From an uncultured Armatimonadetes bacterium (GTDB lineage: Bacteria; Armatimonadota; Hebobacteria; Hebobacterales; Hebobacteraceae), in NCBI GenBank assembly GCA_963716175.1, contig OY970296.1:452031-516030 (forward strand): DNA of 64,000 nt. The letters run 5' to 3'. The notes under the pieces were generated by a model that was not told where the DNA came from, did not search any database, and was given only the letters and a program-made list of their open reading frames with translations. Shown here in pieces: positions 33,717 through 41,583 of the stretch; positions within the stretch are counted from its first letter, which is position 1; each line of letters starts with the position of its first letter. A program made the translations under genes and the position numbers.

Positions 33717-36269
33717 TTGCCCGCCTCCGGCGGGGACGGCGCTGTCGAATCTCGCGACAGGCGGGAAACCGCGCCCCAACGAAGAACCAAGCGCCAGATC
33801 AGGGAGGGCCTAGAGGTGGCGATACAAGACTTCGAGCTCAGTGCCGACCAACTCCGCGTGGTCTGCGATGCCAGCAGCCTGGGGTTCGAGACCACGGCGG
33901 AGCTGCCCACGCTGGAGGACAGCGTGGGCCAGGACCGCGCCATGGCCGCGATAGACTTCGGGCTGGAAGTGAAGACGCCGGGCTACAACATCTTCGCGGT
34001 GGGGCCGACTGGGACGGGGCGCATGTTCGCGGTGCTATCCCGGGCCCGGGAGGCAGCGGCGAAGCAGCCCACCCCGGATGACTGGTGCTATGTCAACAAC
34101 TTCGACGATGCCCGCCGGCCGGTGGCGCTGCGCCTGCCGGCGGGCCGCGCGGTCGAGTTCTCCCGGGAAGTGGAAGAGCTAATCCAGATGTGCAAGCAGG
34201 AGATTCCGCGCGCCTTCGAAAGCGAGGCCTACGAGCAGCGCAAGGAAGCGGCGATCGGGGACGTGCAGGCCGAGCGCAACCGCTTGCTGCGCCAACTGGA
34301 CGAGGAGGCGCGGGCCGAGGGGCTGGTGATCCAGGCCACGCCCATGGGGATTATCTCGCTGCCGCTGGCCGACGGCAAGGCCATGTCCCGGGAGCAGTAC
34401 ATGCAACTCCCTCCCGAGGAGCGAGACGCGATAGACAAGAAGATGGAGCGGCTCCGCGACCGGATCGCGGAAGGGCTGGGGCAGGCGCGGCAGCTTGAGA
34501 AAGAGGCGCGAAAGCGGGTGGAGGAGCTGGATGCTCAGATCGCGATGATGACTATCGGCCATCGCTTCGAGGAAGTGAAGGCCAAGTACCAGGACCATGC
34601 CAGTGTGGTGACGCATCTCGACCGCCTGGCTCAGGATGTGCTGCAGCACCTGGACGAGTTCCGCCCCGGGGAATCACCCCAGGGCGAGGCGCCGCCCACG
34701 GAGGCGGTTCCGCCCCGCTATCGGGTCAACGTCCTGGTGACCAACGAGAAGGGCGCCGGGGCGCCAGTGATGCAGGAGCAGAGCCCCACCTACTACAACC
34801 TGGTCGGAAAGCTGGAGTACCGGCCGGTGGCCGGGGGCGCGATCACGGATTTCACCTTGATCAAGCCAGGCGCATTCCACCTCGCCAACGGCGGCTACCT
34901 GATCCTCCAGGCACTGGAGGTGCTGCTCAACCCCTTCGCCTGGGAGGCGCTCAAGCGGACCATGCGCAGCCGCAAGGCCACCATCGAGAACATCGGAGAG
35001 CAGTACAGTCCGGTCCCGGCCGCCACTCTGCTCCCGGAGCCGATCCCCCTTGACACCAAGGTGATCCTGGTGGGCTCGCCCCTGCTCTATTTCCTGCTCT
35101 ACCAGTGGGATGAGGATTTCGGCAAGCTGTTCAAGGTGAAGGCCGACTTCGATGTGGACATGACGGCCAGCACCCAGGCCAACCGCAGCTATGCCGCCTT
35201 CATGGCCACCCACTGCCGCAACCACGGCCTCCGCGAGCTGACCAAGGAAGCCGTGGCCAGGGTGATCGAATACGGGATGCGGCTGGCGGCCGATCAGGAG
35301 CGGCTCTCCACTCGCTTCGCCGCCGTCGCCGACCTGCTCACCGAGGCCAACTTCTGGGCCCAGCGGGCGGGAGCCGAGTTGATCGGGGCCGAGCACGTGG
35401 ACCAGGCCTTGGAGCACAAGGAGTACCGCTCCCGCCGGCTCGCGGACCGCCTCTTCGAGTTCATCGCACGGGGCGATCTCATCGTGGACGTGACCGGCGC
35501 GGTGCCCGGGCAGGTCAACGGTCTGGCCGTGCTGGATCTGGGGGATTACGCCTTCGGACGACCCTCGCGCATCACCGCCCGGGTCACGCCCGGCCGCTCC
35601 GGTGTGGTCAACATCGAGCGCGAGGCGCGCCTGGGCGGGGATATCCAGCACAAGGCGGTGATGATCCTCACCGGCTATCTCGCTGGCAGCTATGCCTCGG
35701 AGGCCCCCCTCTCTGTTACCGCCAGCCTCTCCTTCGAGCAATCGTACGAGCTGGTGGAGGGGGATTCCGCCTCCTGCGCCGAGCTCTACGCCATCCTCTC
35801 CATGCTCGCCGACGCGCCCATTCGCCAGGGCATCGCGGTCACCGGCTCCATGGACCAGAATGGGAACGTGCAGCCCATCGGCGGGGCCAATCAGAAGATC
35901 GAGGGCTTCTTCGCCACCTGCAAGCTGAAGGGATTAGCCGGGGATCAGGGGGTGATGCTCCCGCGCCAGAACATCAAGAACCTGACGCTGAAGCCAGAGG
36001 TGGTGGAGGCCGTGAGGGAGGGTAAGTTCCACATCTGGGCGGTCTCCACTGTGGACGAGGGTGTCGAGGTTCTCACTGGCGTGAGAGCCGGCTCGCCCAG
36101 AGAGGCGGATACCATCCACGGGCGGGTGGCCGCCCGGCTGCGCAAGTTCGCGGATGCCCTGAGCGGTGTGAAAGAAGAGAGAATCAAGCAGATCATTGAG
36201 CTGCCTCCCAGCGCCGCCACCCCCCGTCCCCCCACCCCTCCGCCACCACCCATACCGCGACACGGTTGA
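33717..36269 (+). CDS. Lon-like ATP-dependent protease (AAA+ module plus S16 Lon_C peptidase domain), Pro-rich C-terminal tail
   Basis: GQDRAMAAIDFGL and NIFAVGPTGTGR (Walker A) AAA+ region. Lon_C proteolytic domain with catalytic Ser context TGSMDQNGNVQPIGGANQKIEGFF. Tail PRPPTPPPPPIPRHG. Confidence 0.8.
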   Translation: MPASGGDGAVESRDRRETAPQRRTKRQIREGLEVAIQDFELSADQLRVVCDASSLGFETTAELPTLEDSVGQDRAMAAIDFGLEVKTPGYNIFAVGPTGTGRMFAVLSRAREAAAKQPTPDDWCYVNNFDDARRPVALRLPAGRAVEFSREVEELIQMCKQEIPRAFESEAYEQRKEAAIGDVQAERNRLLRQLDEEARAEGLVIQATPMGIISLPLADGKAMSREQYMQLPPEERDAIDKKMERLRDRIAEGLGQARQLEKEARKRVEELDAQIAMMTIGHRFEEVKAKYQDHASVVTHLDRLAQDVLQHLDEFRPGESPQGEAPPTEAVPPRYRVNVLVTNEKGAGAPVMQEQSPTYYNLVGKLEYRPVAGGAITDFTLIKPGAFHLANGGYLILQALEVLLNPFAWEALKRTMRSRKATIENIGEQYSPVPAATLLPEPIPLDTKVILVGSPLLYFLLYQWDEDFGKLFKVKADFDVDMTASTQANRSYAAFMATHCRNHGLRELTKEAVARVIEYGMRLAADQERLSTRFAAVADLLTEANFWAQRAGAELIGAEHVDQALEHKEYRSRRLADRLFEFIARGDLIVDVTGAVPGQVNGLAVLDLGDYAFGRPSRITARVTPGRSGVVNIEREARLGGDIQHKAVMILTGYLAGSYASEAPLSVTASLSFEQSYELVEGDSASCAELYAILSMLADAPIRQGIAVTGSMDQNGNVQPIGGANQKIEGFFATCKLKGLAGDQGVMLPRQNIKNLTLKPEVVEAVREGKFHIWAVSTVDEGVEVLTGVRAGSPREADTIHGRVAARLRKFADALSGVKEERIKQIIELPPSAATPRPPTPPPPPIPRHG

Positions 36270-36463
36270 GAGGGGTTCCGCCGCTGGGCAGGGGCTTGCC
36301 TCTGCCATTCCGGGGCGGTATGTCAGAGTTCACCCGCCTCACGAGGGCATGCCGGCCATTTCCCTTGGGGTTGGGCAGGAGACTCGCTCCTGCCCCTGCC
36401 AGGCCTCGTCCCACATCGAGCCTACGCCATTGGGCGCGGTCGTGTCCAGGCGCTAGCTCGAGG

Positions 36464-37252
36464 TCACCGGTCGTGCAGAGATGTCTGTTTCGAGAATCTC
36501 GCATCAAGGTAGCTGATTATGGTTCTCGAAGCATTGATCACCAGCAGGGCCTCTTCTTCTTCTAGCAATGCTTGGCTAGGGTGAGCGACGCTCGCGGCGT
36601 TCCTGATAGGGTTGAGGGCATCCAATATCCCACCAAATGCTTGAAGGATTCTCTCGATATCCTGTCGTCTTGAGCCCAGGTCCTGTAGCGCAACGTGTTG
36701 CTGGCGTAAGAGTCTGAGCAACCTAGCGGGTGAGTCATCTCTTGAGTATGGAATGCTGGCATCCTCACACACTGCTCGCAGGTAGCCGTGCACGGCTGTA
36801 TGTATACGATCAACGCCGCTGACTGCTCCGCTTGCTCGAAGCAGCGTTTCGGTATCGCTGATCGCTCGCTCGACTACGCGCGAGGTGATCTTGGGTGCCG
36901 GGCTTCCAACTGGCTGCCCCTCCAGTCTGCTTATCATCTTGCGAATCTCGCTCTGTAACTCCTGAGTACGAGTGGACGCGGCCGACTTCGTTGACACAGG
37001 AAATCTCTCAATGACCCCGCGGAGTATCTGGGCCTGTACGTTTGGGGGAGAACCTTTCAGAACCGCTATGAACCTTTCCCGCGTCGTTCCTTCATACTGA
37101 TACGGGTCGATGTCAAGCTCGCAGTACTCCGGGTAGAACTCCGCGTGTGTCCGATAGCTGAAATCCCCAAGGTAGCCGCCAGATACCCCTATATAGCGGT
37201 TGACTACTTTCATGATCTCGGCATTGGTCAGTCCTGATGCTGGCATTGGCAT
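36464..37252 (-). CDS. AbiJ-like abortive-infection protein with a C-terminal HEPN (Abi_C) domain; lies in a low-GC island
   Basis: C-terminal Rx4-6H HEPN motif (IRNAASVAHPSQALLEEEEALLVINASRTIISYLD). Region GC is visibly below the flanking DNA. Start taken at the internal Met of the 296-aa ORF. Confidence 0.55.
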   Translation of the reverse strand: MPMPASGLTNAEIMKVVNRYIGVSGGYLGDFSYRTHAEFYPEYCELDIDPYQYEGTTRERFIAVLKGSPPNVQAQILRGVIERFPVSTKSAASTRTQELQSEIRKMISRLEGQPVGSPAPKITSRVVERAISDTETLLRASGAVSGVDRIHTAVHGYLRAVCEDASIPYSRDDSPARLLRLLRQQHVALQDLGSRRQDIERILQAFGGILDALNPIRNAASVAHPSQALLEEEEALLVINASRTIISYLDARFSKQTSLHDR

Positions 37253-37256
37253 GCTC

Positions 37257-37293
37257 TCCGTAGGGCAGGAGCGTTTCTCCTGCCAGTTGTACG
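37257..37293. repeat. REP-like palindromic element, GTAGGGCAGG family (GTAGGGCAGGAG-cgttt-CTCCTGCC)
   Basis: 8-bp perfect stem with a 5-nt loop; shares the GTAGGGCAGGAG head with the copy at 53321. Confidence 0.6.
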
Positions 37294-37302
37294 GTAGCGG
37301 GC

Positions 37303-37375
37303 CTGGACCGCCCGCCCTACAGAACCGCGGTCCTGCAAACGGCCCAGCGGGCATGGAATGCCCGCCCTACAGCGG
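37303..37375. repeat. REP-like element, GGGCAT-n4-ATGCCCGCCCTACA family; overlaps the radical-SAM stop codon
   Basis: CGCCCGCCCTACAG ... GGGCATggaaATGCCCGCCCTACAG; same arm as the copies at 47516 and 53355. Confidence 0.6.
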
Positions 37376-38392
37376 CGGCCCCTCATACGCTAGATAGCAG
37401 GCGCGGCAGAAGGCCGGGTTGCGGCCGGTGCGAATCTGCTCCCGCAGGCGCTGCATCGCCGAGCCGTTCCAGGCGGTGGCGAAGCTGGCGCCCGACTCCA
37501 GCGCATTGCCCAGCAGCAAGCCCTCTGGGCCCGCGGCATAAGGACACGGGGCCACGTCTCCCCGGACCGTGATCGCAGTCCTGCCCCAGGGCCAGCGGCA
37601 GGGCCTGCCCTCCGCCGGCTTCCGCGGCGGGGGAGGCGCTTCGGGACAGCGGAACTCGAGATTCGCCGCCAGGGCGAGGCGGCGGGCCTCGGGGAGCACG
37701 CGCTGTAGATCCTGGCCCAGCACGCGGCGCTCCGCCACCACGCGCTCCAGGGACTCAGACCCGAAGTTGGTGAGCTTGGCGGTGCACAGCAGGCCGTCCA
37801 CTCCCCACTCCGCGCAGCGCTGAACCAGCGCCGGAATCTGTGGGGCCGATTCCCGCTGGATCACATGCCAGACCCGGATCACCGGGGACCGCCGCCGGCC
37901 TCGCTCCCGCACCAGGGCCGCGATCCCCTGGGAGATGCGCTCCAGGTCGGACCCAGGCCGCAGCCGGGCATGAGTCTCTGGATCGGCGGCATCAACCGAG
38001 ATGTTGAGATGGTTGAGGCCACAGGTGAGGAGCTGGCGACGTGTCTCCTCGCCCAGCACGCTGCCATTGGTGGTGGTGAGCACCCGCACTCGGCGGCGCC
38101 GCGCCTCCTGCACCAGGCCGAAGAAATCCGGGTTCAGCAAGGGCTCGCCCAGCCCCACCAGCTTGATCCGATAGACGGTGGGAAGCTGGTCGAGCAGTCG
38201 GGAGAAATCGGCGAGTGAGAGGTGGGCGCGCGGGAAAGCGCCATCGGTGCTGGGGCAATGGGGACAGCGGTAGTTGCAGAAGCTGGTGGGCTCGATGTCC
38301 GCCCGCGCCGGGAGCGCGCGGCTCGCCGCCGGGCGGTGGCGGTAGGCTTGCCGCAGGCGCAGGGAGTTCAGCAAGGCGGAAGCTGGCCGCAT
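37367..38392 (-). CDS. Radical SAM enzyme with a C-terminal SPASM/twitch-like Cys cluster
   Basis: CNYRCPHC (CxxxCxxC) radical SAM motif. C-terminal CRWPWGRTAITVRGDVAPCPY...CRACY auxiliary cluster cysteines. Start at the internal Met (MRPASALL) of the 427-aa ORF, which itself opens on TTG. Confidence 0.8.
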   Translation of the reverse strand: MRPASALLNSLRLRQAYRHRPAASRALPARADIEPTSFCNYRCPHCPSTDGAFPRAHLSLADFSRLLDQLPTVYRIKLVGLGEPLLNPDFFGLVQEARRRRVRVLTTTNGSVLGEETRRQLLTCGLNHLNISVDAADPETHARLRPGSDLERISQGIAALVRERGRRRSPVIRVWHVIQRESAPQIPALVQRCAEWGVDGLLCTAKLTNFGSESLERVVAERRVLGQDLQRVLPEARRLALAANLEFRCPEAPPPPRKPAEGRPCRWPWGRTAITVRGDVAPCPYAAGPEGLLLGNALESGASFATAWNGSAMQRLREQIRTGRNPAFCRACYLAYEGPPL

Positions 38393-38403
38393 GCCGCGTC
38401 CCC

Positions 38404-39139
38404 TCAGAACAGCAGCGAGAAGGTGATGGGGCGAACCCGCCAGGATCCCTCTTCCTTCACCAGCCAGAGGTTCCCGCTGACGTGCTTGCGGAGAAGCCCG
38501 GCGAAGCGCAGGGTGGCATCGAAATCCACCCGGATCCCGTTCAGGGTAGTGGGCCGCCCGGCCACCTCCAGGCGGGTCATCTTCACCCAGTGGGGTGGGC
38601 GGCGAGGCACATTCCACCAGTGGAAGGTGAGTGCCTTCATCCCCCCCCAATCAGACCGCAGCCAGGCGTGCAAGAAGTCGAACGCCGCCTGCCGCACCGC
38701 GGGCTCCTGGCGCCGGTCGGCCTTCGTGGGGCTGCGGTCGGGGACCTGCGCCTCCGGAGGCAGCTCGTTGAACCAGTAGAGCTGGCGCACCTGCCAGCTC
38801 TTGCTCGCGCCCTCCTCCACGTAGCGCAGCACCATGATGCCGCGGGTCGGGAGATTGGGGTCGGTCATGGGTCCCGCGGAACTCAATCGCCCCGATCCTC
38901 CCATCCGCCCTCTGTTTGTCGAGCTGAGGCATGTGCGCGAACGGGCAGGGGCCATAGAGATTGGCCTTCTGATTGGGAAGCATGCGCTTGATCGCGTCTC
39001 GGTCGTTGCGGCTGAAGGCGAAGAGGAAATCCCGCGCCACCTGCGCCGCCTCCGGGGGCATACCCTGGGCCCTGCTCGGACTCCCCCAGGCCATCGCCAG
39101 TCCAACAGTCAGCATCACGGCCGCGATTTTGGTCTTCAT
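38404..39139 (-). CDS. Secreted hypothetical protein (signal peptide plus NTF2/SnoaL-like region), apparently split over two frames
   Basis: Frame X: MKTKIAAVMLTVGLAMAWGSPSRAQG signal plus AAQVARDFLFAFSRNDRDAIKRML. Frame Y from about 38869: MVLRYVEEGASKSWQVRQLYWFNE...LWLVKEEGSWRVRPITFSLLF. Both look protein-like and the join is near 38870-38930. Confidence 0.35.
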
Positions 39140-39453
39140 GGCTCTCCCGAAGCTGATGTTACCTGGTTTCGACGAGAAAGCCAAGCACTTGGGCCAGGAG
39201 CTGCCGATTGCGCGCAGGCAAAGAGGAAGGAGGCCGCGGCGCGAGGTATAAAGTCTACTGGTGGTTGCGGTGCCGTCGCAGTTACCAGACCGACGAGCAG
39301 CCCCCTGGCCACACCTTGCAAGGCGGCTCGACCTCGCAGGCGGTGCACCTGCTGGCAAGGCGAGCCGCAGACGGCGGGCCACCGGGATGCAGCGCAGCCT
39401 GGCGGGCTTGCGCGCGGGCCGCAGTAGCTCTAGTAGGAGGCAAGATATCCATC

Positions 39454-40896
39454 ATGTCAGTGGTAGCGCGACCCACGCCCCGCGCGCGGCCGCGGACCGC
39501 GGGTGAAGCCCGAGCGCGACAGATCCGGTGGTGGCACTACCTGCTCGCCGGCACCGGCCTGGTGACGCTGGGTGGAATGGCCTATGGCTTCTACGCCGCC
39601 TGGTTCGCCGTCACCCATGTCCGGACCAGCTACGCGCGGGTCAGTGGCTATGTTGTAGTTCTGTCGGCGAAATCCGACACCCGCGTCAAGCGGGTGCTGG
39701 TGCGGACGGGAGAGAAGGTCCGCGAGGGGCAAACGCTGGCCATCCTGGACAACGCCGATGTCGCCGCCCAGGCCGAGCAGGCCAAGGCCACGCTGCTGGC
39801 GCGGGAAAGCGCCCTCAACCGGGCGGAGGCCGAGCTGGATATGACCATCCGGCAGAGCGCGGCCAGCATCGAGGAGGCGGAGGCGCAGCTGGCCGCCTCC
39901 CAGGCGCGGCTCTCCCAGGCGGAGGCAGAGAAGGAGATGGCCTCCCGCACCGAGCGGGATGAAGTGAAGCGCGCCCAGGCCGAGCTGGCCGTGGCCAAAG
40001 CGCGGCTGAGGCAAGTGGAGGTGGGCCCCCGTCCCCAGGAGATCGAGCAGGAGAAGGCCGACCTGGCTTCCGCGGAGTCCCAATCGGCCAGTGCCGCGGC
40101 CACCTTGCGGCGGATGGAGAAGCTGCAGAAAGAAGGCGCGGTCTCGGAGCAGGCGCTGGACGCGGCTCGCACGGATCTGGAGGTGGCCCAGGCCGCGGTG
40201 AACTTGCGTCGCCAGAAGTTGAGCCTGCTGCAAGCCGGCAGCCGGCCGGAGGATATCGAGGCCGCACGACAAGCAGTGACCTCCGCCGAGGCCGCCGTGG
40301 CGCTGGCCACGGCCAAGAGCTTCGACAGCGAGATGAAGGTCCAGCAAGTGGCCACCCGGGTGGCGGAGAAGCGGCAGGCTGCGGCTGGAGTTCGGGGGGC
40401 CCAGTCCCTGCAGCGCACGGTAGCCCTCAAGGAACAGGACGTGGTGGCACAGCGAGCCGCAGTGGCCGAGGCGAAGGCCGCCCTGGAAGCGGCCAAGGCT
40501 CGTGTCTCGGACACGGAGCTGCGCAGCACGGACAACGGGGTAGTGGTGGCGGGACAGGGCCAGAGTATTCACGAGGGCGAGTCAGTCACCAACGGACAGC
40601 CCATCGTCACCATCGTCTCCACCGCGCGGCCTTTCTGGATCAGCGCCTCCGTCTCCGAACTGCAGGTGTCCCAGGTGAAGGAAGGGCAGCCGGCGCTGAT
40701 CTGGATTGACGCCTTCCGCAGGCAGGTCTTCCATGGCACGGTGTCACAAGTGGGAGGGGCCACCGAGTTCTCGGCCGCGGACACCCCGTGGGCCTTGAAG
40801 CAGGTACCACTGAGGCTCAGCTTCGACCCCGGCAAAGTGAAGGACAGTCTCAAGCCCGGCATGAGCTGTCGGGTGTGGATAGACGTGCGGCACTGA
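39454..40896 (+). CDS. HlyD-family secretion protein / efflux periplasmic adaptor (membrane fusion protein)
   Basis: N-terminal TM anchor, long coiled-coil region (AEAQLAASQARLSQAEAEKE...) and a C-terminal beta-barrel region (VTIVSTARPFWISASVSELQVSQVKEGQPALIWIDAF). AGGAGG RBS upstream. Confidence 0.85.
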   Translation: MSVVARPTPRARPRTAGEARARQIRWWHYLLAGTGLVTLGGMAYGFYAAWFAVTHVRTSYARVSGYVVVLSAKSDTRVKRVLVRTGEKVREGQTLAILDNADVAAQAEQAKATLLARESALNRAEAELDMTIRQSAASIEEAEAQLAASQARLSQAEAEKEMASRTERDEVKRAQAELAVAKARLRQVEVGPRPQEIEQEKADLASAESQSASAAATLRRMEKLQKEGAVSEQALDAARTDLEVAQAAVNLRRQKLSLLQAGSRPEDIEAARQAVTSAEAAVALATAKSFDSEMKVQQVATRVAEKRQAAAGVRGAQSLQRTVALKEQDVVAQRAAVAEAKAALEAAKARVSDTELRSTDNGVVVAGQGQSIHEGESVTNGQPIVTIVSTARPFWISASVSELQVSQVKEGQPALIWIDAFRRQVFHGTVSQVGGATEFSAADTPWALKQVPLRLSFDPGKVKDSLKPGMSCRVWIDVRH

Positions 40897-40900
40897 CGCG

Positions 40901-40929
40901 GTGGGGCGCGGGCCCAGGCCGCGCCCCCA
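40901..40929. terminator. GC hairpin GGGGCGCGG-gcccagg-CCGCGCCCC between convergent genes
   Basis: 9-bp perfect stem read from the sequence; no strong U-tract. Confidence 0.35.
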
Positions 40930-40933
40930 ACTG

Positions 40934-41527
40934 CTATACCTGTTGGTCCAGGATTCTCCTGCTGCGCTCGTCGAGGGCGTGCATATCCTCAATCTCGTAG
41001 CGGTTGCCATCGGCGTCCTGGAGCATGAGGCGCCCCTTTGCCAGCACCCGCAAGTCCTCCCGGTCTCGCACATCGAAAACGCGATAGCCGCGGTCGGTCT
41101 CCACCTCCCAGCGGGAGGCGCCGTGAGCGTCCTCGATGTCGTAGATGACGGTGATCTTGGGCACGAAGTAGGCCCGGCTTAGCTCCTCGGTCAGCACCCG
41201 CCGGCTCTCGCAGTCGAGCCCCTTGGGGTTGCGCAGCAGCACCGCCTCCCGCCCTTTCTCGTCCACCAGGCTCAGGTAGTCGGCGACCTCGGAGATGGGG
41301 AAAACCGGCGCCGGCTTCAGGTCCACGTGTTCGGTCTTGCCATCCACCAACACGTGGAGCCGCCGGAACTCGTCTCGCCAGATGCGCAGCCGGCTGGCAT
41401 CAACGATCTCCAGCCGCTGCAGTTCCTGGTCCCAGCTCGCGGCGCTGCCCAGGCGCTCCTGGGAGGGCCCAGTCTCGCCCGGCGCCGGCGCGCCAGTCTG
41501 CTCTGTCTGATCCTGGGGATCTTCCAC
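40934..41527 (-). CDS. DUF1854-like protein (commonly paired with ABC transporter genes)
   Basis: Composition and motifs (LRNPKGLDCESRRVLTEELSRAYFVPKITVIYDIED) recall DUF1854 proteins found next to ABC exporters. Co-directional with the adjacent ABC gene. Assignment from memory only. Confidence 0.5.
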   Translation of the reverse strand: MEDPQDQTEQTGAPAPGETGPSQERLGSAASWDQELQRLEIVDASRLRIWRDEFRRLHVLVDGKTEHVDLKPAPVFPISEVADYLSLVDEKGREAVLLRNPKGLDCESRRVLTEELSRAYFVPKITVIYDIEDAHGASRWEVETDRGYRVFDVRDREDLRVLAKGRLMLQDADGNRYEIEDMHALDERSRRILDQQV

Positions 41528-41583
41528 GGGTTTCCTCGCGAGGGCGTGACCCTCGCCTCGCCGGGTACTGCTAGCTGCGGTCC

